Source: Diadema antillarum
Taxonomy: Eukaryota
DNA: 64,000 nt
Assembly (NCBI RefSeq): GCF_040938485.1
Contig: NW_027272920.1
Location: 1-64,000 of the forward strand
Reading direction: 5' to 3'
The notes beneath the pieces were generated by a model, which made no database searches, was not told the DNA's origin, and was given only the letters and a program-made list of their open reading frames with translations. Both the position numbers and the translations under genes were made by a program. Shown here one piece after another: positions 50,801 through 59,969 of the stretch. Position 1 is the stretch's first letter. Each line of letters opens with the position of its first letter.

Positions 50801-52469
50801 CCTTCCCGTATATGCAACTTTGATCACTAATACGTGCAAGTTTTCTCCCCCCCCCCCCCTCCACTCACATCTAACCTATGTTCCATGTGTACATGGTCAT
50901 GTTCAATAATGAACCAGGTTCGGGTTAAAAGTAACACATTGTTAGGTGGTAGACACACATTCTAGAATTTGATCTGGTACTGCGATCCTTGTAGCATAAG
51001 TGGTTGTCTCTCAAATATTTACTAAACTTCTCATACATGCAGATCGCTCATCTACATTCCTAATCACTGACGCACATGAATCCAGTAACAAGAGTCAGCA
51101 AACTTGTATACCCTAGTACCAGAAAACCACTTTGAGTGAACAATAAGTTTGCTTGGAACCACGGGGATTGGCTAAAATTGCTTCGAAAGGTCTGGTTATC
51201 CAGGTCACTTATTCTTAGGTCAAGCCAGTATTTCACTTACTGTGCTCCACTTCCTGAAGATCATTGAAACAAGGCTGCTATTGTAGGGTGACCACTTACT
51301 ACATCAAGCCATACTACAGTTCATCTTGTGATAGTGTCCCTACGTGCACATTGGGTATAGAGAGAGGGTTGTGGATACCACACCTTGGTTAAAAGACCAA
51401 GGAGAGAACTACCAGGACAGGGACTAAATTTGATCTGCAAAAATTTCTACCTACTGAAATACATGTAAATTGCTCACCGATGTAATGCTCAAGGTCAATC
51501 TGCTGGAATATGACTGAATCTTTGTTGGGGTTTATGGGTGGCAGAGGTGGGCGGGGCCATTTTGGGTGCTTGCTCTGAGAGGAACCTGAAGTTTTGAAAA
51601 ATGGTGGAAAGACAGTAAATCATGGGAAATATTATGGTATGTACATCATAGTTCAGATGGTCAAATACAATCACATTAAATTAACACTTCTTGCTAAGTT
51701 CTTAGCAAGTGAACTGATGAAGAGAATACATTTAATTATCAACAAGTTGATAAACCAAATTATGATTTATCACATAATGCCATAGAAACAAAAAAGGGGG
51801 GAAAATGTGCTCAATAATGACTAGGCCTACAGATTGGTAATTCTGACTTATACTCCAATTGTCTGCATAACAGTTTAAACTCACTTCCTACACATTGTAC
51901 AAGACATTGAGATTCAAGTGATATTGCTGCACTAAATATATTTTGTGGACTTGTAATATATGGCAAATCAAAATAACTTTAGTTATACATGTCTTCAGGC
52001 TTGTGTAAACCATTAAGATTTGTGATGAAAGCTGCATTCATTTGATATAAAATGGATTTCTCTTTCTTTTATTTCCAAATGGACCTCTGTGAAGGAAGGG
52101 AAAAGTTTTGTTCAGTCAAAGAAAAAAAAAACTCTTTTTACAGTAACAATCTTAATTTTTGTAATCACACTCCTACACTGTATTGTACTTTTATGCTGAA
52201 AGTTATCTTGTGCTGAAGAAAAAAGGAAACCCAAGATACTGAATACATTGATCATGCATATAATCACCTTGGCTGGAGGGTGGAGTTAGCTCAGTTGCTG
52301 ATCCATTGGTCTCTTGTGACTCATACTCTGCCTCAATCTGCTCCATCAGAGCAAGTTCTTCTTCAAAGACTGATGGATCATGATCATCAAAGTCAGGCAA
52401 GCGAGCTCGCTTTGACTGAGAACCACTCCCCCTTGGGGTGCCACTTGGTTTTCGTTTATTTGAATCCAT
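33329..52469 (-). CDS. POLD1: DNA polymerase delta catalytic subunit, whole coding span: 21 exons, 3309 nt, 1102 aa
   Basis: Phase-consistent exons give Exo[11 protein letters not shown], Exo[14 protein letters not shown], ExoIII YCLKDA, motif A DFSSLYPS, motif [14 protein letters not shown], motif C YGDTDS, and CysA and CysB. Confidence 0.98.
34234..34331 (-). CDS. POLD1: POLD1 exon 20 (CysB: [19 protein letters not shown])
   Basis: TTTAG acceptor, CAG|GTGAGA donor, 98 nt. Confidence 0.95.
34440..35472 (+). mobile_element. Helentron-associated non-autonomous element (HINE; pearl/DINE-1-like) in a POLD1 intron
   Basis: 5' ATGCCTCC (34470-34477), internal GACCTTTGACC repeats, (ACGG)n microsatellite 35341-35423, 3' hairpin ATGCCTCC...GGAGGCAT, A-rich end. 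Confidence 0.85.
36101..36270 (-). CDS. POLD1: POLD1 exon 19 (GEHT...KCLGCK...VCKFC, CysA)
   Basis: TTGCAG acceptor, GAG|GTATGT donor, 170 nt. Confidence 0.95.
37105..37237 (-). CDS. POLD1: POLD1 exon 18 ([22 protein letters not shown]...)
   Basis: TTCAG acceptor, GTAAGT donor, 133 nt. Confidence 0.95.
38108..38210 (-). CDS. POLD1: POLD1 exon 17 ([21 protein letters not shown]...)
   Basis: TTCTAG acceptor, GAG|GTGGGG donor, 103 nt. Confidence 0.95.
39054..39206 (-). CDS. POLD1: POLD1 exon 16 ([32 protein letters not shown]...)
   Basis: TACAG acceptor, AAG|GTGAGA donor, 153 nt. Confidence 0.95.
39245..40131 (+). mobile_element. Second HINE-type element with two tandem cores of about 325 bp in a POLD1 intron
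   Basis: 5' GCTCACCTGAG (39268-39278), repeats starting near 39397 and 39721, GACG microsatellite, 3' hairpin AGCTCACTTGAGCC-TTT-GGCTCAGGTGAGCT. Confidence 0.85.
40567..40739 (-). CDS. POLD1: POLD1 exon 15 ([16 protein letters not shown]...[11 protein letters not shown])
   Basis: TATAG acceptor, CAG|GTTTGA donor, 173 nt. Confidence 0.95.
41520..41657 (-). CDS. POLD1: POLD1 exon 14 (motif [12 protein letters not shown]...IKLEFEK)
   Basis: GTTAG acceptor, AAG|GTGAAC donor, 138 nt. Confidence 0.95.
41801..42044 (-). CDS. POLD1: POLD1 exon 13 (motif [21 protein letters not shown])
   Basis: CCCTAG acceptor, AAG|GTGAGA donor, 244 nt. Confidence 0.95.
42888..43001 (-). CDS. POLD1: POLD1 exon 12 ([17 protein letters not shown]...ARKR)
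   Basis: TACAG acceptor, AAG|GTTTGT donor, 114 nt. Confidence 0.93.
43915..44025 (-). CDS. POLD1: POLD1 exon 11 (motif [20 protein letters not shown])
   Basis: TACAG acceptor, GTAAGT donor, 111 nt. Confidence 0.95.
44132..44216. mobile_element. 85-bp piggyBac-like mini-MITE
   Basis: TTAA|CCCATTGAGGATG ... CATCTTCAACGGG|TTAA. Confidence 0.65.
44603..44691 (-). CDS. POLD1: POLD1 exon 10 ([30 protein letters not shown])
   Basis: TTTCAG acceptor, GG|GTAAAC donor, 89 nt, phase 0 to 2; the only intact candidate found between exons 9 and 11. Confidence 0.9.
45147..45627. mobile_element. MITE with about 17-bp TIRs (Harbinger-like, inferred)
   Basis: GGGTGCGTTTATCTAAA ... TTTAGATAAACACAGCC; no clean target duplication. 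Confidence 0.55.
45783..45974 (-). CDS. POLD1: POLD1 exon 9 ([18 protein letters not shown]...SQLLRK)
   Basis: TCCAG acceptor, AAG|GTATGT donor, 192 nt. Confidence 0.95.
46479..46691. mobile_element. Short pogo-like MITE, same family as 1469-2441
   Basis: TA|CAGGTGACTCCCCATCATAATGAAGTCCTCC ... TTATGAAGGGAGTGCATTG|TA. Confidence 0.7.
46834..46944 (-). CDS. POLD1: POLD1 exon 8 ([21 protein letters not shown]...TDLQ)
   Basis: CTTAG acceptor, CAG|GTGAGA donor, 111 nt. Confidence 0.95.
47459..47704 (-). CDS. POLD1: POLD1 exon 7 (Exo[25 protein letters not shown]...)
   Basis: ACCAG acceptor, CAG|GTATTT donor, 246 nt. Confidence 0.95.
47735..47920. repeat. (TAGA)n microsatellite next to the POLD1 exon 7 acceptor
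   Basis: Long GATA run. Confidence 0.95.
48564..48730 (-). CDS. POLD1: POLD1 exon 6 ([15 protein letters not shown]...EMLQ)
   Basis: TTCAG acceptor, CAG|GTACTG donor, 167 nt. Confidence 0.95.
49167..49390 (-). CDS. POLD1: POLD1 exon 5 ([14 protein letters not shown]...Exo[11 protein letters not shown])
   Basis: CTATAG acceptor, AAG|GTAAGA donor, 224 nt. Confidence 0.95.
49724..49892 (-). CDS. POLD1: POLD1 exon 4 (IYGYHGNK...[11 protein letters not shown])
   Basis: CAAAG acceptor, CAG|GTAAAA donor, 169 nt. Confidence 0.93.
50257..50523 (-). CDS. POLD1: POLD1 exon 3 ([28 protein letters not shown]...)
   Basis: TCCAG acceptor, GTATGT donor, 267 nt. Confidence 0.93.
51478..51585 (-). CDS. POLD1: POLD1 exon 2 ([28 protein letters not shown])
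   Basis: TTCAG acceptor, GTGAGC donor, 108 nt. Confidence 0.93.
52268..52469 (-). CDS. POLD1: POLD1 exon 1 (MDSNKRKP...FEEELALM...)
   Basis: TGTAG|A-ATG start, basic NLS-like segment, FEEEL motif, AAG|GTGATT donor. Confidence 0.9.
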
Positions 52470-53729
52470 TCTACACAAAGTAAAAGAAACATAAAACAAA
52501 ACCTCTGATCAAAATGTACAGACATAATGACATCATGACATGAATGTTTGCATGGCAGTGAACTGTCTTCTCACTAAGCTTACCTTCATGCAATCATTTG
52601 CTGCTCATAGTTCTCAAGATGCTTTAAACACCTGCAGCATCAATTATGCTTACTTTTGCTCTCAACCATGACAGCAATGTTTCTGTGAAGTGGCCTGGAA
52701 ATCAACAAGTGATGATTCGTTTCATTTGTATCTCTTAGCATCATATTTTAATTTTAGCATCTTTATAAGTGTCCCATTTTACATACTTTACACATACGTT
52801 CTGTACAATAATTCATACCCGCTGTTCACTTGCTATTTCCAGATTGATCCCATGGTCTTGAAAACATGTTTTTCTACGATTTCTTCTTTCATTTTTAAAA
52901 AACAACCTGTGTGTGGCATATTGTGCATTGGTGATATGAATATGCAGGAGTGTTGCAATGTTTTTAATCTATGGACAAGGCCCTTTTGCTGTGTAGCGGT
53001 GAGTGAAAGGGTTTAAGTGAAACACAAAAGTTGCATGTCTCCTGTTGTCAACAATTGGACTACATTTGTATGTATTCAAATTGATGCAATTTTTAGTCTT
53101 TAAGTTTTTAAGGGCAATACTACCCCATAGCAGATCTATTAAATATATGTGTTTAGTATAACCCCAAAAGCACACTTAAGATTTAATTGTTGCTGCTGCA
53201 AATGACCTCGAACACTGTACCGTGATAGCCCACCAGGGCGTTGTGTGCAGTATACAACCAGAACCAGAACCAGAACCAAACACTTCACGTTCGGGCTGGT
53301 CGCAGCTAACTTCAAAACAAACAATGTCATTAGTGATTACATGTCTGTGCTGTGTCCCTGATGAATAGTGCTCTACACCATGTATAGTGAGGTGCCCGCA
53401 CTTTGTCAGGGGCCCTAATATCGTCACCCTGCGTAAAATTGCTACAAGTGCACTGAACAAAAATGTACCCCTGGGATTGTGTTCAGTACACTTGAAACTT
53501 TGCAGGGTTACCAGTAGTAGTACCACAACCAAGCAGACTGAGGTGAAAAACGGAACAGTTTTTCTTGAAAATCTTAAATTTGTATGAAGTATGAGGGATA
53601 ATTAAGTGTTATCAAGTATCATTATCGTCACCCACACACGTCTTTTACGTGCTTTGACCTTTGTCTATGCGAGTACGGGGTGGTGAGGTGCGGGCCCCTT
53701 CCTTAGCGCACATCTATTTTGCATTGTTC

Positions 53730-53960
53730 GCGTTTGACGATGATAGCTGCAAATTTCCAGTATCGATCATTGAACTTGCACTTGCAGTTCCATTGGCATT
53801 TGCAGTTCCATTGGCGTTTGACGATGATAGATAGCTGCAAATTTCCAGTATCGATCATTGAACTTGCAGTTCCATTGGCATTTGCAGTTCCATTGGCGTT
53901 TGACGATGATAGCTGCAAATTTCCAGTATCGATCATCGAACTTGCAGTTCCATTGGCATT
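53730..53960. repeat. Minisatellite, three copies of a 78-bp core
   Basis: Units start at 53730, 53814 and 53896 (core plus 6-nt and 4-nt insertions); internal TTGCAGTTCCATTGGCA sub-repeat. Confidence 0.9.
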
Positions 53961-54240
53961 GGAATCTCCGGCATTTTTCCTTTATGTACATGGTATTTCA
54001 TAGAATTTCAGTGACGTGGGGTGATGACATGCACATGCGTATTAAACATTAACTATTAGAGAAAAATAAGAGTATTAAATCTAGGCACCCTACTGTTAGT
54101 CTAACGTTAGTAGCAGTATTTTATTTTTAGATGACGAGGACCACACGAGGTGCGGGTCACACGCATGTAAGTACGCACGGTACGCAGCCGCTGTCGCTTC
54201 GCGACAGCGCCACAGCGGTCTGGTCAGGCTAGTACGCACC

Positions 54241-54999
54241 TAGACAGAAAGATCCGTCTGTCCGGAGGACTCTTTTATATTTTGCCATTAACGCTGTCCT
54301 CCGTAGACAGACGGAAGGTTGCAGTACCCATTGCTGTGTGGATGTTCTTAACCACTGTCTCTATGGAAAATTGGGTGAGGTACCTCACCCTTCTCGATTG
54401 CGTCTAATTCACGGCCCTAGGTCGGCAAATTTAAGCTTGTATAGTGGAATCAACTATTCAAGAGTATATTGCACTCACCAGATGAATGAATAATCCAACA
54501 TTTTGGTCGAATTTTCAACGTAAAACACACGTCAACCAGCCCGTCGCGTCGTCACGTTCAAACTGCAGCAACATACAGTACGAATCTATTAGCCAATCAC
54601 ATGCGAGGTAGTTTCTACGTGTTTTTTTTACTGAAACACGTACCTCACATGTGATTGGCTTACAGATTCAAAATGGCGACTTACGGCTAGCGGACGGCGA
54701 TGTTGCGATATGGATAAAATTTCTGCGTTATAACCGAGTTACTGTGAGTATTTCGATTGCAAAATGTGAGAAATTAACCCCAAATGTTGCTGCATAATGT
54801 GTCATGTCATGTCAAACTTATTTGAATGTAAAAAAGCTGCCTGAAATTTGGTTTATCGTAACGTTTGATCTGTGCGCTACTGCCACACAGGAGCTGGCAT
54901 CATTGACTTCGGTCTGTATACGGAGGGGATCCGTGAAGCCAGACGCAGTCTCCGCGGAACATTCCCCGACGGACAGATACAGACCGATCTTTCGGTCAA
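54241..54999. mobile_element. 759-bp TIR element with an exact 9-bp target duplication (Mutator-like, inferred)
   Basis: GTACGCACC at 54232-54240 and 55000-55008; TIRs 18/21 identical; a second inner inverted pair at 54298-54317 / 54907-54926. Confidence 0.8.
54582..54669. promoter_or_regulatory. Dyad of inverted CCAAT + E-box modules
   Basis: AGCCAATCACATGCGAGGTA (54591-54610) and TACCTCACATGTGATTGGCT (54641-54660) are 19/20 complementary, extended by GAATCT/AGATTC. Confidence 0.55.
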
Positions 55000-55403
55000 G
55001 TACGCACCTAGCAATCAATACGACAAGAGATCGCTAACAACTGAAAATACAATCGTAATTCGCCAATGAGAAGAGTGACAACACAACAAATTACTGTGAT
55101 ATATATTATCACGGTCCCGGTAATCCTAATGAGTAATGTAAATTTAGATTGCGCCTACTGAATGACGTCCACTGCACTGTCACTTCCGCCAACAAAATTT
55201 AGCATATATGGGACTAGTCTATAAGAAGAGTATCAAGGATTCTTGGACACCTTGCTATCGATTTAGCCTGCTTAATGAATGCTGGTTTGTAGAACTAAAA
55301 AAAAAAAAAAAAATGATTCATTCATTTTACTGATATATGCATATTGCCTGCAAATCTATTTTCTACTTATGAATTGATAGTGCTTTGATGTGGTGTCGTT
55401 TAC

Positions 55404-55462
55404 CTTCCTCGGTCTCGAACGTCTTGACTGTTGTGGCGGGAATATTTTGCAATTGGCGCGGG
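55404..55462 (-). promoter_or_regulatory. Candidate POLD1 promoter and non-coding first exon with two E2F-like sites
   Basis: Donor GAAG|GTAAAC at 55403; TGGCGGGAA at 55434-55442; ATTGGCGCGGG at 55452-55462. Confidence 0.5.
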
Positions 55463-56506
55463 TTAGCATCAGTGTAACGTGTACGTGTGAGTGGTGGTGG
55501 TAACCACAGAACTTTTGTGTAGAATTCTGTGGTGGTGGTAAACGCGGTGGTGGAAGGGGAGGGTGGGGGGGGGGGGGGGGGGGCTCATAATAAGTGCTGG
55601 TGCATTATGAGGCCAGGAGGAGTGGGAGGAGAAAAATCTCTTGGGCTGGCATCTAAAAATTGCTTGTCCATGGCTTACATTTCCTGGAAGACAAACTACA
55701 CGGATAAACAAAACTGAGACAAGACCTCTACTAACCATCATTAAAATACTGACAATGATGATGATGTACCGGTACATGTAGGCCTATCTTTTTAAAAAGG
55801 TAAATGAGCGCTCTATCATTATTTTAAGTAGGCCTCGTGATGATAATGACAATATGATTCTAGGGCCTTCTCACGGTAATGACTTTCGCCCGACAAAGAT
55901 GTTACATTCTAGTGTATTGCATGACGTTGCAATGGTTGTTACAAGTTTGAAAACAAGGAGCAGTGCTTTAGATCTCATTTTGTCATTTAGGCCCTACTTT
56001 TACATAGGCCTAGGTTTAGTAAAAATGTTTTTTGACTTTCCTTGTAGGCATTAAACATTATTAGTTTCGGTTTTAATTTGCTCACTAGGGCGGCAAAAGA
56101 CGATTGGACTTTCTTGAAGTTTCCCAAATATATAATTTACATGGGAGGGGGGGGGGGGGGGGGCTACTAGTTAGTTGTAGCTTCACTGAATGCAGGAACA
56201 AAACAAAACATGTTAACTGAATCATCAAGGTTTGAGACAAATTTGATAATCCGCCGTAAGTTACTAAAGTACACGAGGTTCAGAAGATTTCCAGGGCCCG
56301 ATCAAGCTTCTATATTAACATAGGCCCTTGACAGCTATTAGCACATCACGATATGTTTTCAAGTTCCGATATTCATTATGACGAATACTAGCTCATTTGA
56401 CAGGCTAGACCTTCTTTGCGTATTATGGTTATTATTGGGGTTTTCGGGATGGTCCATTCCATTCAATACACGCAGTCCAGTATAGGCTCTAAGTGGCAGT
56501 AACCTG

Positions 56507-56792
56507 GTCGGGTGCTGTTCGTTATTCTGAAGGTTCGCTATTCCGAAGGTTCGTTATTCCGAAGGGTCGTTAATCCGAAACACGCAAATTCCCCATACCT
56601 ACAGGTTCGTTAATCCGAAAATGAAAAAGGGTTCGTTAATCCGAAAATATGTGGCGTTATTCCGAAGGTTCGTTATTCCGAAGATTGGTTAATCCGAAAA
56701 TGAAATTCGGAACAATGAACCTTCGGAATAACGAATCTTAGGAATAAAGAGCCTTCGGAATAACGACCCTTCGGAATAACGAGCTGTAACCG
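56507..56792. mobile_element. Small fold-back element built from 16-bp TTATTCCGAAGGTTCG repeats in inverted arrays
   Basis: Left array on the plus strand, right array reverse-complemented, ending CGGAATAACGAGCTGTAACCG. Confidence 0.75.
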
Positions 56793-58204
56793 ATTTGGTC
56801 GGGGGGGGGGGGGGGGGGGGTGGAAGGGGCGAAATCACCGAAGGCGAATTATTGTTCCTCGCGCTTGAAGATTAAGTATGATATAATTGAATCATTTTGA
56901 TTAATTATCATTAATTCAATTCAATTTTTCATTTCAAATGAAATTTTATTTCCAATTAACACATGTTTATAGTTGCACAAATTGAATGAAAACAAACCGT
57001 ACATCTATTACAAAAAAAAAAAAATGCTTATACAACTACTGTAATAACAATTATGAAACTATATTGTTCAAAATAATTGCATTAATTCGAAATAAACCGA
57101 ACTTTAGTATAATATCATCATACGTCGAACATTATACTGAAATGATAAAAATCATAAAGAATAAAGTGCTGAAATAAAAACGAAAATTCTATAAATGAAC
57201 AAGATTTCACGAATATAATCTAAATATCACACGATTAATACCACTCAAATCATGAAGTTTAATATAGTGCGGTACATTGAATTAAACTTCATTGTTTGGA
57301 GATCTGTCAAGTAATCAAATGCTCCGTCTTATAAGTAACTATACGCGTTGTTAATGACAATTAAGGTTTTCTTGAAGATTTACTAGCTTTCCCCTTAATG
57401 AATAGAAGATGGGCTTGAATTTTGCGTATCATTTTTTCATATCCGGAAGGTGACTATGGGAATACATAGGTTCTATTATACCTATAGATTTTTACAGGCA
57501 TGTGCTTTACACGATATATCTGTTGATTTTCAATGAAGAGAATGCATGATGGAATAGCTGCGTGGATTCTCATGTATAAATGGGCTACTGTAAAATGGCT
57601 GCTTGGCGTTCATGTACTATAACGTATAAAGTTATCGTCACCAATATTGTTCAAAAAACAAAAACAAAAGAAAGTGTGAATTTTCACCTCCCACTCCCGC
57701 ATTTACAAAGACAATTAATTTCCATCATAATTGACAAAAATCGTGGTCTCAGTTACCTATTCAGTTAAGGCAACTGTCATCTGCAGAAACATTCACATCC
57801 AAACTTAAAACGTATCTGTTCCTCTCACACTGAGGACTATAATTGCTGTCATTATGTTCGGAACAATTGGTATATAATAATGTTTGTTTGTTTTGCCATT
57901 TTCTTCTCTTATGTCATGTTCGAACATGTGTATTATGCATGCATTTTATATCTTTACATTTTTGAAGCGCAATGAGCACTGAAAGGTGGACCTGTGTGCG
58001 CTATAGCCACTTAATATCATCATCATCATTATTATGGCTTTTGAACAGGTTCGCAGATCCAGGATCTATCAAAATGCTTTAAAATAGAAAAATAAGAATT
58101 AGCAAGTTATGAAAATCAAAAGGCAGAGGGAACACATCCCCTGCTCTGTAGTGTGGATCACTATCTTTTATAGATATGCCTTTATCAGGCGAGTGTTGCA
58201 GTCC

Positions 58205-58590
58205 CCTTTTCCGAAGGTTCGTTATTTCGAAGGTTCGTAAATCAGAAAATGAATTAAGGTGTATGTTGTTCCGCTAATCGCTAATCGTTAATCCCAATAA
58301 GAAATAAGATTAGTAATTCTGAAGGTTCGTTAGTATCCGCACCTTTTTATTTTTTTAATTTTTTTTTCAATTTTCGGACAAACGAAATTTAGCAGTGCGC
58401 GCTCAATATATTATAGTAATGGCGCGAATCGGTATGCATCAAACAATGCATAATCGATTAGCGCTGGCTGCATGTGTGGGTGTGTCTTCCCATACCACAT
58501 ACAATAATTAGGAACCTTATTTCATTTTTGGATTAACGAACCTTCGTAATGGCGCCTATACCAACAATACTTACGAACTTTCGGGTAACG
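58205..58590. mobile_element. Degenerate copy of the TTATTCCGAAGG repeat family
   Basis: TTCCGAAGGTTCGTTATTTCGAAGG on the left, CGAACCTTCG-like inverted units on the right. Confidence 0.55.
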
Positions 58591-59882
58591 AATATCACCC
58601 ATTTATAAGTAAAGCAAGGCGATTGTATAAAGCATCACTGTCGACAAAGTGTGTTTTCACCGTTGCGCCATCTGTATTCTAAAAGTTTAAATCAATTATT
58701 ATTTTTTTTTTTGGGGGGGGGGGTATAATTTATTTTGCTCTCTCTTATCATGGGAGTGCTGTGAAGCGTTGAACGACACTGCAACGCTTGTGTGTAATGC
58801 TTTGTTGACTCAGGTGAGGCGAGTATACACGAATTCATATTGGTGCAAGCATTCATCCACTCACGGTTGGATCACTGCTGTGGTAGACTGATTCAAAGCA
58901 AATAGCTCTCATAATAATTATTCTTATAGGTACCAAATCTAACCGTGTAGAATACTTTTCGTGTAATGGTCATTGATTATAATTATTGATTTTATAGTTA
59001 CTAATTCAAAAATTGTTCATGTGTATGAGCAACCCCCATTACATTGGGAGCAAACAATATTCATCGACGATTGTAATTTGAACAAAAGCATTTTCAGTTT
59101 ACAGTAATTATGCTTCGATATCTTTCTTGTAATTCCGGCCATTTCACTAGCTGTCATCAGGAGTTTTGTTTTTATGCACGAGCTTTGAGAAAAGGCTGTT
59201 ATTACCATGACAGTCATTTGTCCAGGCTCGCGCGTGTATGTTATAAGCCAACCTTCATCACTCAGCTCAACTTACAGGTAAGTGCACAATTATTCATTTC
59301 ACTTCATGTATGTCGCAGATCATGAGTGTAAAAATTGTTGAAATTGTAGGCCTATATAGAAAATAGTCATATAGTGTGTAGTACCATACCTATTTCATAT
59401 GTATGATATTGTTGAAAAGAAAGATATGAAAATGGGTGTTACACAGAGAATAAATTAAATCAAGTCAAATCAAATCAAATCAAATCAAATCAAAATTTCA
59501 ATTCACAATATTTCATTAGGGCATGCAGTGACAGTTACGATCTCGATCGCCTTCACGCGGATGGCCATCCCCATGTACCGATGCACGCAATAATGTTTGA
59601 CACAATAATAAGGGCGTGTCTCGGAGGGGGAGGGGGGTATCCTCCCCTCCCACACGAGGGAACTTTTCCATACTTAGAATTGAAATTCATCGATCTGGTA
59701 TATAGACTTTTGGTGTTATGGAAAATTTTCAGTCAGAAGAAGGAAGAAAATTCAATTTCAGGGGCAATATGAATGACTTCGAGAAAAACAATTTCGATAA
59801 TAGGGCCTATAATTGAAACTTACAACATGAACATTGCATATATACCATGATGCTGTTTAATGATTATCTTACGGGTTTACTC

Positions 59883-59924
59883 CCATGCAGCAAACACATA
59901 ACGTTTTCAGAACATTTCCTAAAC

Positions 59925-59969
<45 letters not shown>

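Noticed and set aside
50880-51420. Possible SINE remnant in POLD1 intron 2
   Set aside because: No convincing A/B boxes or tail could be identified by eye.
53176-53532. 118-aa minus-strand ORF and a plus-strand frame containing HQGVVCS-PEPEPEP
   Set aside because: Only a superficial resemblance to an SRCR domain end; the cysteine pattern is absent and no gene context was found.
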